Below are positions 19,748-29,140 of a stretch of DNA of 64,000 nt, in pieces. Origin of the DNA: a virus; the IMG/VR virus record IMGVR_UViG_3300046311_000263, positions 13,376 through 77,375 of that record. The stretch is one strand, 5' to 3'. How positions within the stretch are numbered: position 1 is the first letter of the stretch; each line of letters starts with the position of its first letter. Position numbers and translations under genes: made by a program. The notes under the pieces are model-generated. The model did not search any database and was not told the DNA's origin. It worked only from the letters and a program-made list of their open reading frames with translations.

Positions 19748-22321
19748 TTAAATAAAATTACGATCAGTAGTCATTGCTACGGGTATAGAAGAATCGGTAG
19801 TGGTTAGAGACAGCCCACGGATATACAGGGGAACATATCCTGTTTTGATAAAACCTACGTCAACTGTTTGTGCTCCACTATAGCTATAGTTATAGTTAGA
19901 CAGCCCGTGGCTATCTTGCTGTGCAAGAATTGTACTAGTACCTGCTGTTAGAACTACTACGTCTGTACCAATAGGTAACCCTGTAAATGTTACTACGTTG
20001 GTATCTAAAGGATACAAATTATCAACTTGAGCTGATGTAGTGGTAGTAATAGCAATACGAACATTTGTAAGTGCATTACCAACAGATGCAACTGCACAAG
20101 TTGCTCGTAACTTCAACTTAAATCCAGTCGAGGGACTAATCGATACTACACTAAGGTTAGCCGCACTAGCTGTTAACCATGTACCGTTCCATCCACTACC
20201 AATATTATACTGGAACTCAAAAGTCATATTAGCAGTATTATTGCCAGTTAACGTAGGAGCAGTATTTGATAGTGCTGTACAGCCTAGAGCGTACCATGGT
20301 AACTCCCAAGTTACCTGATCACCTATACTAGTTAATAGTACTTGTCCTAAACTATTGAAACGTGGGGTGCCTCCAGATATATAACACTCAGTAGCAGTTT
20401 CAGTAGTAGGTTCATTACCTGCTACTGATAAAAACCCGGCGGTATTACTAGTAAAATGTAAGTGCCAGTGTGTGCCGTATATAGCAGTTTGACCGGTTAC
20501 CGCAGAAGTTAAACGATTACCACGATGTATGCTATTAAGAGAGACAAGAGCACTAGTATCTGCATCATCGCCTTTTACATGTTCTATTAATATACGGTTA
20601 TCGCTGTTAGAAAACGCCCAGGCCCCTGTGCGTGTATTACTACAATATAAACGTTGAAATTTACAGTCAGCATTCAGACCGTTAGTTGTAACAATAAGGC
20701 CTGTTTGGTTTGCTGAACCTAAATTAAGTGAAGTAGTGGGAGTACCAACATTACGAAACTTTAAACCAAACGAACCAGAAGTTACCATTAATGCTAAATA
20801 TGGGTGTACATTTGTTGAACCAGACAGAAAAGATATCCCATCTACTGTAATGTTTGATGTACCCGTGGCTACGTTAACACAGGCTACTGGATTTGTAGCG
20901 GTTGTAGCTCCCGAAAATATATCAGCATAAATTAAGTTATTAATATTTATACGTTGGCACCCAGCAGCAACCTGAATTCCGCCATTTATACTCTCTAACC
21001 CATCTAATGTAAAGTCTATACAGTTAGATAGGCCCAGAGTATACGCCCCGGCGTTACCTCGATTCAACAGGCCTACAATACGACATCCATTAAAGGATAT
21101 ACCAAATGCATTAGAACACTGTACGGGGTTAGCTCCACTTGATGCCATACTGAAGCGAGCAAATAGACAGTTATCAATTTGTCCTCCAGAGAAATGAGAC
21201 GATAGGTTTAAAGCAATGGATAATAAGGAGCCTATAGGAGAAACAATTAAATCGTCCCAAACTAGCGGGGCGGCAACTTCAGAAATAACAATAGTATCAG
21301 AAATTGCGCTATGTGCAAAGTCGGCCTGAAACGCCTGTGCCATATTTAAGTACCAACTACAAACGACATTAGTCATGCTAATACTGCCCGCAGCGCTAAC
21401 AATAAATTCTTGACGCGTAGCAAGCGTGGTATTTGGTGATACTCTGGGACCAGAACCGCTAACAGTACGAGTACAGCATGTTAATATAATATTTGGTATG
21501 CGAACTCGGCAACCTGTTGGAGGTAAAAATCCTACGTTGTTAGTACCGTCACTACCAATACGAATGCCACTAGTAGTATGCCACACAATTTTACCTCGAG
21601 CATCTGTAGGAGTAGTAGCAGAGTTAACCATAGCGCCACATCCAGTAAATTTCTCAAACACTCCTGAGCCGCTAGCGGTTTCAATCCATACACCGGGGAA
21701 TACTGAGGCAAATGTGGCAGTAGTAGGACAAGGCAGTATCTGCCCTCTAGTACCACTTGTTGTACCTAACTCAAACCAATCTCCAACGGTTTCAAAAGTA
21801 CCAACACGTGGAACAGTTATTGTGGCTGTATCGGCACCTCGTACTTCAATCCAACCTACTACATCGGGTCCAGTAGCGCTAGCACTAATACCTGTTAAAG
21901 CTCCGGAAGCAAAAGCTCCACCTGTTACGGATTTAATTTTAATATACCCGCTAGCGGGCATCGCTGCTGCGGCTGCTATGGGTTCACTTTGCCAATTCTC
22001 CCATACGCCTAGCAGGGGTCCACTAACACCTCCTTGTACTATAGAAGTACCAATAGCAGGTACCGTGCCGGTGCCTGTATTAAAAGGTATAACTCTCACA
22101 GTAGTACCGTCAATACGAACAGTACCGCCAATACCAGCATAGGCTACGGTATCAAGAGAACCAAAAGCCGTACTATGTCCAGCACATTGATAGCTATCAG
22201 TATTAATAAGCAAAGTTGAAGCGTTACTGATAGTATAAACATCTAAAGTAGCATTAGTAGATCCACTAACTAAGCTATCCCATGAAGTAGTTCCACCACT
22301 ATTAATGTTAAATGCTGACAT
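19748..22321 (-). CDS. Putative tail fibre/spike with central beta-helix
   Basis: 857 aa, repetitive beta-helix-like middle region. Confidence 0.65.
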   Translation of the reverse strand: MSAFNINSGGTTSWDSLVSGSTNATLDVYTISNASTLLINTDSYQCAGHSTAFGSLDTVAYAGIGGTVRIDGTTVRVIPFNTGTGTVPAIGTSIVQGGVSGPLLGVWENWQSEPIAAAAAMPASGYIKIKSVTGGAFASGALTGISASATGPDVVGWIEVRGADTATITVPRVGTFETVGDWFELGTTSGTRGQILPCPTTATFASVFPGVWIETASGSGVFEKFTGCGAMVNSATTPTDARGKIVWHTTSGIRIGSDGTNNVGFLPPTGCRVRIPNIILTCCTRTVSGSGPRVSPNTTLATRQEFIVSAAGSISMTNVVCSWYLNMAQAFQADFAHSAISDTIVISEVAAPLVWDDLIVSPIGSLLSIALNLSSHFSGGQIDNCLFARFSMASSGANPVQCSNAFGISFNGCRIVGLLNRGNAGAYTLGLSNCIDFTLDGLESINGGIQVAAGCQRININNLIYADIFSGATTATNPVACVNVATGTSNITVDGISFLSGSTNVHPYLALMVTSGSFGLKFRNVGTPTTSLNLGSANQTGLIVTTNGLNADCKFQRLYCSNTRTGAWAFSNSDNRILIEHVKGDDADTSALVSLNSIHRGNRLTSAVTGQTAIYGTHWHLHFTSNTAGFLSVAGNEPTTETATECYISGGTPRFNSLGQVLLTSIGDQVTWELPWYALGCTALSNTAPTLTGNNTANMTFEFQYNIGSGWNGTWLTASAANLSVVSISPSTGFKLKLRATCAVASVGNALTNVRIAITTTTSAQVDNLYPLDTNVVTFTGLPIGTDVVVLTAGTSTILAQQDSHGLSNYNYSYSGAQTVDVGFIKTGYVPLYIRGLSLTTTDSSIPVAMTTDRNFI

Positions 22322-22324
22322 TTA

Positions 22325-22534
22325 TCAAGGTTCCTGATATGGGGGGAAAATGTCTTCATTAACCCCCATGGTTTCATCTGGGTATATAGCTGGGATACTA
22401 TGGGCATACAGCTCGCTATATGCTTCTAAGGTAATTTCCCAGGATTTATCATAATGTGTAGGAGGAGGGGTTAATGCTAAGTCTACAGAAATAAAATCAC
22501 CACCTACCTGATATGTTCTATACGGAGCACTCAT
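22325..22534 (-). CDS. Hypothetical protein
   Basis: 69-aa ORF coupled to neighbours. Confidence 0.6.
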   Translation of the reverse strand: MSAPYRTYQVGGDFISVDLALTPPPTHYDKSWEITLEAYSELYAHSIPAIYPDETMGVNEDIFPPYQEP

Positions 22535-22965
22535 GAGTATACCTTAATTAGTCTATCTGACCAAATATTATCAAATAAAGTGTTACCATCTGCCCAGGTT
22601 TCAGTAACGTCTCCATCATTAGCTAGATCTATACGACGAAGTCTCCATACAGCAGAGCCTTCACTACTACCGGGAGACGCTTCGCCTTTATATATTAAGA
22701 ACTCCGAAACAAAATCCACTCTTTTTGAATACATATCTAAATCCTCGGCAGAGTCTCCCTTAGGGCCTGCTATACCTGCACTAGTATGTACTGTATCCGT
22801 TTTTGTAACATCTGATACAACATTATTATTTACAGTATTTACAACTAAATTATACGGTAAAGAAAAAGAGACTATGTTAGAAGTATTGTCCTTTACAGTA
22901 ACTGTATCTGTAGCCATATCACTATTAACTACAACAGATGTAGAATTTAATTGTACTATTGACAT
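22531..22965 (-). CDS. Hypothetical structural protein
   Basis: Short GPKG collagen-like motif, AVWRLRRI..WADG..FDNIW motif. Confidence 0.65.
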   Translation of the reverse strand: MSIVQLNSTSVVVNSDMATDTVTVKDNTSNIVSFSLPYNLVVNTVNNNVVSDVTKTDTVHTSAGIAGPKGDSAEDLDMYSKRVDFVSEFLIYKGEASPGSSEGSAVWRLRRIDLANDGDVTETWADGNTLFDNIWSDRLIKVYS

Positions 22966-23555
22966 TATCTAGTAACTTCTTTTTCTACGCTTATAGTTCC
23001 GGAGGCTAACTGTAGGACGTACCCTGCAACTGTATAAAGTTCCAAGCTATAAACTGCGGATGTAAATGTAAACTCAGAACTCTGTACTGCGGATATATTT
23101 ATAGTAATAGTTTTATTAGTATTATCTAAAACTATTCCGCCGTTTGAAGTAGTAAGCTCCAGTAAAATATCTGCTGAATCTATTTTTGCTCTTATTTGAA
23201 GCCTGGCGCTATATGTTGATAAATCAGTAGGGAAATTATATTCTAGTACTCCTCCTGAAACATATGCAGTAAAACCTATGGCGTTTATATTGTTTATAGA
23301 AAGAGTGTCAGAAGTAACATCTGAAGCTATATGATAAATATCGGCGGAATTAAGCTCTTTCATGCCTACTACGTTGGTTACCTTAAATCGCCATCCCGGA
23401 GGTATAGCATGCCCAACAGAAGTTATAACTACAGGAGCCGCATTGGTTATTCCTGTTATATACTTATATACTTTTGTACTACTTTCCCAACGTAGTACTT
23501 CGCTAAAAGTGCTACCCTTATATATCTTATAGTTTAGTTTTACTGGGGCTGCCAT
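22965..23555 (-). CDS. Baseplate/fibre adaptor-like protein with FCCH-like insert
   Basis: ITNAAPVVITSVGH insert; DLSTYSARLQIR and AVYSLEL Ig-like adaptor motifs. Confidence 0.6.
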   Translation of the reverse strand: MAAPVKLNYKIYKGSTFSEVLRWESSTKVYKYITGITNAAPVVITSVGHAIPPGWRFKVTNVVGMKELNSADIYHIASDVTSDTLSINNINAIGFTAYVSGGVLEYNFPTDLSTYSARLQIRAKIDSADILLELTTSNGGIVLDNTNKTITINISAVQSSEFTFTSAVYSLELYTVAGYVLQLASGTISVEKEVTR

Positions 23556-23563
23556 ACTTATCC

Positions 23564-23854
23564 TTACTTACTTATTAACGCCAGAAAGGGGTCTAAATAA
23601 TTTCTAGCTAGTGCGCTAGCTACTAAAGTTATTAAGCCTATAATGGCCCAGGTTATTATGTTACGCTTAAATTCTGTTAAAGACTCTAAGGATCTTTTTT
23701 CCGAATCACTCTCTTTTCTATGAAAGGTACGATGCCCGGTATAGTCTATGTTACCGTCCTCATCTTTAGGAAATGCACTTTCTAGTGATTTCTTTAGATC
23801 GCCCACTGTAGACTCTAATGCTATAAGTTTTTGCGAATCTAATGGATTATTCAT
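23564..23854 (-). CDS. Small membrane protein
   Basis: Single C-terminal TM helix. Confidence 0.65.
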   Translation of the reverse strand: MNNPLDSQKLIALESTVGDLKKSLESAFPKDEDGNIDYTGHRTFHRKESDSEKRSLESLTEFKRNIITWAIIGLITLVASALARNYLDPFLALISK

Positions 23855-23876
23855 AAGGTCTCTCCTTCATAAATTA

Positions 23877-24338
23877 TTACTCTATTATGTAGGATTGGTC
23901 TACAGTTATTCTTCCAAACCCTATTCTAACTCGTCGCCTCCCAGCAGCCTGTATAGTAGCTTCTAGCAACTCCGAGCAGTACCATTTTGATACGTCTTCC
24001 CAAGAATGCTGTCTAGCTACCATACCAAATATTGCTCCCCAATCGTAAGGTTTACCTATCTGAGCCTCAATAAATGCTAATCCCTTATCTGGGTTAGGAC
24101 ACTCTATTTCCTGTACTTCGTATTTACTGGAGCCTTGTATGAATAGGGTTAAAGGTATACGGACCACACCTTTAAAAGCTGAGGCTTCTATTACGTGACT
24201 ACCGTCCGCAGTTAATACTCCTACATGAGAGTAAGGGCCAAACCAAGAAGCCAGCCTAATTAAAACTGAGCCTATAGTATGACTACGTCGATAGATAGCT
24301 ATTAATTTCCCCATATAGACCTTTAATTTTAGCTGCAT
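23877..24338 (-). CDS. Permuted papain-like NlpC/P60 amidase (YiiX/YaeF-type)
   Basis: SHVG His precedes WYCSEL Cys; GKPYD; start may be 24314. Confidence 0.85.
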   Translation of the reverse strand: MQLKLKVYMGKLIAIYRRSHTIGSVLIRLASWFGPYSHVGVLTADGSHVIEASAFKGVVRIPLTLFIQGSSKYEVQEIECPNPDKGLAFIEAQIGKPYDWGAIFGMVARQHSWEDVSKWYCSELLEATIQAAGRRRVRIGFGRITVDQSYIIE

Positions 24339-24364
24339 AAGCTATACAGCTATATTTTGATACT

Positions 24365-24393
24365 ATTATACCACTATACCAAATCTTTTGCAA
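24365..24393 (-). promoter_or_regulatory. sigma70-type promoter
   Basis: TTGCAA-17-TATAAT with TG. Confidence 0.8.
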
Positions 24394-24413
24394 GCTAAAA
24401 ATTAAATAGGGTA

Positions 24414-26018
24414 TTATATTTCTTCTATTTCTACAGACGTAGCATACATGCTAAGATAAGGATGGGATATACCACTACTAGGAGCTAGCTTTCCATATAT
24501 TTGATATAGATTTTCTTTACCTGGATCTAAATCTTCAGGAAATAAGCTTATATACACACCCAATCTTGAACCGTATATTTTTAATAGCTTTACTAATTGA
24601 TCCCTATCAGTACCAGTCATCCAATCTAGGTCAAAGGATAACTTATTGTATACGACACCATTAGTAGTTATTAAATCTCCGGCCTCACTACGCTCACTAG
24701 TACTAGTATCAGTAATATCAGTAGACATACCGTACCCGGTATTGTACGCCGGGGACCAATAGGTACCTAGTATTAGCCTACTAAACTCAAGATAGCCGGA
24801 AGTATTAACTAAATCCATGATCTCTATAGCCAAATACTTGGTTGAACTACTAGGTATATACGCTCGTATATACGCTCTATCTAGACCAAAAGTATTAGTA
24901 GCATAAGAAGGTAAACTACTCTCTTTTGTAGAGTTCCATGGGGCTCCATTTATATTCTTACCATCAGCTAATATAGTAACACCAGTAAGATTTAAGCCTA
25001 AAGCAGTTGGAGAACCTATAATAGTAGGTGCAACATTAAAGGAACTAAATCTTATATTAGCTCCTTTACTAATATTGCCTAACGTTAATACCACAGCATT
25101 AATGGAACTAGCAGTATCTAATGTAACGACAGCTGCGGCATATACTACTGTACTATATATAGTAGTATACACATTGTGAGCGAACGTTACGCCGGATGCA
25201 AGTTTAGATAAAGTTTGAGTAGTGACGTTACCTCCTGGAATAGCTGTACCCTCTCTTAAAGTACCTGTAACAGTATATGTAATTACCGTGTTTGTTGCTG
25301 ATGCATTAAAAGGTATACCAGAGTGATCCACATAGGCAGCAAAAAACGTGTTTGCATCTCCTACCGACACACTGCCTACAGTAGCCGTACCACTAGTTAC
25401 TGCAGCACTTATATTAAAAGTGCCTAATGCAGTACCTATCCCGTCGTATCTGAGAGGGGTACAGCCCTCAAATACCCATACATTACAACCTGTACCCGCG
25501 TAGCTAGTTATGGCTCCTGTATTATCTGACTGCAATCTATGTGTACTATTAGAGCATACTACTGTGATTTGATTCAGTAAGGATAATATTACAGGAACTA
25601 CTTGTACGTCTCTTAATGTACTTCCAGAACTAGGAGTGGAGGTGGTATAGGTTCTAACTGTGTAACTAGTATTAGTACTATTATCGTCAGGTACAAAAGT
25701 ATATGGTAATGGTACAGCTACTGCAGCTTCGGTTTCCCCTGAACCTGTAACAGTACAGAAAGTAGCAGGGCTACCCGTTACTGCTGTTGAAGTGACTGTA
25801 AAACCACTATGGGCTCCTGGAATTGCATATGAAGTAGATGTTTTAAAAATAACTGGAAAGTTAGAAGATACTCTAGATCCTGTTCTCCATACTGCGGACC
25901 TAGTGTCTTTCTTTAAGTTTGCGGTAGATGTAGCTGCGCTAGCTGTAGAACTACCTAATATAGTAGTCGTCGAAGCGTCGGCTTTGTTTATATGTATAAT
26001 TCTTAAATTATTTGCCAT
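24414..26018 (-). CDS. Distal-tail-like protein with large internal beta insert
   Basis: N-terminal NLKKDTRSAVWRT and C-terminal YLEFSRLILGTYWSP segments flank a Thr/Ser-rich region. Confidence 0.6.
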   Translation of the reverse strand: MANNLRIIHINKADASTTTILGSSTASAATSTANLKKDTRSAVWRTGSRVSSNFPVIFKTSTSYAIPGAHSGFTVTSTAVTGSPATFCTVTGSGETEAAVAVPLPYTFVPDDNSTNTSYTVRTYTTSTPSSGSTLRDVQVVPVILSLLNQITVVCSNSTHRLQSDNTGAITSYAGTGCNVWVFEGCTPLRYDGIGTALGTFNISAAVTSGTATVGSVSVGDANTFFAAYVDHSGIPFNASATNTVITYTVTGTLREGTAIPGGNVTTQTLSKLASGVTFAHNVYTTIYSTVVYAAAVVTLDTASSINAVVLTLGNISKGANIRFSSFNVAPTIIGSPTALGLNLTGVTILADGKNINGAPWNSTKESSLPSYATNTFGLDRAYIRAYIPSSSTKYLAIEIMDLVNTSGYLEFSRLILGTYWSPAYNTGYGMSTDITDTSTSERSEAGDLITTNGVVYNKLSFDLDWMTGTDRDQLVKLLKIYGSRLGVYISLFPEDLDPGKENLYQIYGKLAPSSGISHPYLSMYATSVEIEEI

Positions 26019-26027
26019 TACATTTCC

Positions 26028-26681
26028 TTAAGTGGGCCATTGAACGGCATCTAATTCTTCAACAGTAGTAGCTGCAAATACTTGGGCATGTAGAGATCTA
26101 GATATTTGATGTAATGAGATTACATGTGTACCCAGAGCTATCCCTACCTGTACCATGTCACTACCACTTAGAGTTCTCACAGTATTATCAAATAAAGTCC
26201 AATCTACGGAATATGGCTGTCCAGCTAAAGCAGCCTGCATGGCCAATATTACCGCTCCTTGAATTCTACTTTGACTAATAGGTATAGAATCAAAATGCGA
26301 GTTATTCCAATAAAAGCCTCCAAACTCTAGTGCTAGTCTCTTAGCTTTAAATTCATCCCATTTTAGTTGCTGTAGAGCAGGTAGTGAATTACCTGCAGTA
26401 GTACTAACTGTAGCCCCTAGCCACGGTTCCTGATTAACTATATAATTCAATATACCCAGCTTTATGTTATTATCAGTTATAGTAATTCCACTAATAGGAA
26501 CTGATATATAGGTACTACTATTGTGGCGAAGGCCACCAGCTTTAGCTGTTTCTGATACCCATGAATTAATATTAACTCTAAAGGAGTTATCTGCAATAGA
26601 TAAGTCTATTGCAGCCACTGAGTGGTACCCATAGACTGCTCCATTTGCTTGAGTTATTTCTTTAATTATGTTCATATTCAT
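26028..26681 (-). CDS. DUF4376-like tail fibre-associated protein
   Basis: FDS...SQSRI, WTLFDNTVRTL, ATTVEELDAVQW. Confidence 0.75.
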   Translation of the reverse strand: MNMNIIKEITQANGAVYGYHSVAAIDLSIADNSFRVNINSWVSETAKAGGLRHNSSTYISVPISGITITDNNIKLGILNYIVNQEPWLGATVSTTAGNSLPALQQLKWDEFKAKRLALEFGGFYWNNSHFDSIPISQSRIQGAVILAMQAALAGQPYSVDWTLFDNTVRTLSGSDMVQVGIALGTHVISLHQISRSLHAQVFAATTVEELDAVQWPT

Positions 26682-29140
26682 GGTTCGTATACTCCACCTC
26701 CACCAGAGGCATATTTTTCAGCAATTATGTTTAAACTACCTGTAGCTACCACTACGCTAGTATCTGCTGCGGTAGCTATGGCGAAATCAGCTGTAAGAAT
26801 GCTTTCTCCATTACTAGCTCTACTAGCGGCAAATACCGGTACAGTGCTAATTAAATGCCATACTCCTGCAGAAGCGGAGTCTCCGGTCAGCGTACCTGAT
26901 GTTAGTATTACTCGTATCTTGTATGCAGTACCTATATCTGTTATATTAGCTAGATACCAATCCTTACCGGAATCTGAATAAGAAGATACAGCGGTTCTTT
27001 TAGATATAGATCCATTACTATTAAATCTAATACCTGCGTATGTTGTGGCATCTGAGTTAGATACTACTGAATATAGTACTCCAATAGTAGGTACTGGGCC
27101 ATCAAACACTAAGGCAGCCGACTTATTTTTACTAAGAGTAAATCTTTGAGTAAGTGCTACGTATCCCAGGGCTAATAAAGCCGCATTTGGAGTAGCGGTA
27201 ATATCTACATATCCAGTGTCTAAACTACTAGATATAGCTGTTACTGCTACGGTTCTAGTAGTTAAAGTAGTTGTAATAGAACCATCGGAAGCAGTCCTAC
27301 TATATGTCCAGTTTGAAGAATCATCTAATCCTTTTCTGTACATATTAATTGTGGCGTTAGCCCCAGTAAACCCCGCACCAGCAGCAACTACGCCAGTAGA
27401 GTCCGCTGGCAACACCCAGCTATACTTATCTAGTTCTGCTACAGCTGGGTTAGATTCTGCGTCTGACTGTTCTATATAAAAGTCAATATTATCAAAACAT
27501 ACAGTTCCAGTAAACGTAGCGGGAAAACTAGTCCAGGAAGCCATAGCATATATTCTAATACCATATATTCTTTGGTCTTTTCCAACTTTAGCAACCCATG
27601 GAATACGTTGCCATACACCAGTAGTAGAAGATAAAGGTTGAATTTTAATATCTACTAAGTTAGGGCTTGCCAGTCCAGAACTGGTATATAATCTTATTAG
27701 TATACCTGGTAACCCTGAAGTAACTGTAGCTAGATAAATATCTACAGTACCGGATAAGTATGAACCTAAAGGTAAAGGATTAGTAGATAAATCTATAGTT
27801 TCCTTTAATAGCCCTAGATCTGTACCTACTGCATTATACTTAATGGAGTATTTACCGTTTCGGGTAATAGTAGTTTCCTTTATAGGAGCAGCTCCTTGCC
27901 AGTAGTCCCAACCGGTAGGTAGAGTAGACGGCCAATTCTCAAAAGAGCCATTTAACCCCAATGTTACTGCGTCCCCCACCCCCAACGAAGTAGTTATTGT
28001 AACTTTATCTAAAAGTATCTGTCTATCAGCGTAAGCATTAGCCCAATTTGTTCTAAATGTACTTCCTACAATATCTGTAGTAGTGTTTATATTAGCATCA
28101 TTAATCCAACTAGGTACGGTACTGAACGGATATATCATTGCAGCATCAGATCCATCGTTCATGTATCCCGCAAGACTTTCTAACTCTGCAACATATGTAG
28201 TTAGTTCAGTAGTAAGTCCTAGAGTAGTAGAGGTTGGATATAGACCTACTATTTCTTTTACTAAAGCGTCCCATTCTCTACGAATTGCTTGCTTCTCAGA
28301 AGCCGTAAGTTTACTATCATTTGATATATCAGATAGTAAAGAGGCGGAAAGAGTGATACTACTCATTTCTCCGCTACTTAATTGGTTAACTTTACTAAAT
28401 TTTTGAACTATAGAATAACTGGTAGTATTACCTGAGGCATCCCTAATATCTACTTGATACGTAACATTAGCTAAAGATTCTGAACTGGACATAGCCGATA
28501 TGTTACCAACAGTATATGTATCCGTTGCAGAGGACCCAGCCGGAACAGTAACTGCTCCGCTAGGTACTACACTTACGGAGCTAATACTAAAGGTATTAGC
28601 TCCACTAGCACCATAAGTTAAATAGGAAGTTCCTCTGAGAACTTTTATAGTATTACCAGTATTACTAAATACGGTCACTACTCCTGCTGATGATGCCGGT
28701 ACTATAACAGTACCATTGGTTATCTGTACGTCTAAGGAGTCATCTGCCTCTTTTAGATAGTAAATGTCGTAGTAAGCGTAAGTAGTTAGTCTTAAACTTT
28801 CAGTTACCGTACATCTATATCTAACATACACATTTGTACCTATGTAGCCTGAATAAGTTGAATTAGTTACAGCTAGTGTAGGACTAGTTGACGCGCTAAT
28901 AGCAATCCAGGATAACGGTGCGGAACTAAGAGAGTACTCCCACGTGTATATAGCTGAGGCCGAATATACTCCCGCTGTTAGTAAAGTAGCAGTCAAAGTT
29001 ATACTAGAAGGGCTCACGGCCCCATTATTTTTAGCTTTGGTAAATCTAGAAGAAGTAGTTGTTAAATTAACCTCACTGACCAGTAGTCTAGGTACTGTAT
29101 TTTGTAGAGCTAATTCTCTACTATTTATAATCGCTGCCAT
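26678..29140 (-). CDS. Tail fibre/host-specificity protein with carbohydrate-binding-like domain
   Basis: SNDSKLTASEK motif, LNGSFENW...VCFDNI CBM-like segment. Confidence 0.65.
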   Translation of the reverse strand: MAAIINSRELALQNTVPRLLVSEVNLTTTSSRFTKAKNNGAVSPSSITLTATLLTAGVYSASAIYTWEYSLSSAPLSWIAISASTSPTLAVTNSTYSGYIGTNVYVRYRCTVTESLRLTTYAYYDIYYLKEADDSLDVQITNGTVIVPASSAGVVTVFSNTGNTIKVLRGTSYLTYGASGANTFSISSVSVVPSGAVTVPAGSSATDTYTVGNISAMSSSESLANVTYQVDIRDASGNTTSYSIVQKFSKVNQLSSGEMSSITLSASLLSDISNDSKLTASEKQAIRREWDALVKEIVGLYPTSTTLGLTTELTTYVAELESLAGYMNDGSDAAMIYPFSTVPSWINDANINTTTDIVGSTFRTNWANAYADRQILLDKVTITTSLGVGDAVTLGLNGSFENWPSTLPTGWDYWQGAAPIKETTITRNGKYSIKYNAVGTDLGLLKETIDLSTNPLPLGSYLSGTVDIYLATVTSGLPGILIRLYTSSGLASPNLVDIKIQPLSSTTGVWQRIPWVAKVGKDQRIYGIRIYAMASWTSFPATFTGTVCFDNIDFYIEQSDAESNPAVAELDKYSWVLPADSTGVVAAGAGFTGANATINMYRKGLDDSSNWTYSRTASDGSITTTLTTRTVAVTAISSSLDTGYVDITATPNAALLALGYVALTQRFTLSKNKSAALVFDGPVPTIGVLYSVVSNSDATTYAGIRFNSNGSISKRTAVSSYSDSGKDWYLANITDIGTAYKIRVILTSGTLTGDSASAGVWHLISTVPVFAASRASNGESILTADFAIATAADTSVVVATGSLNIIAEKYASGGGGVYEP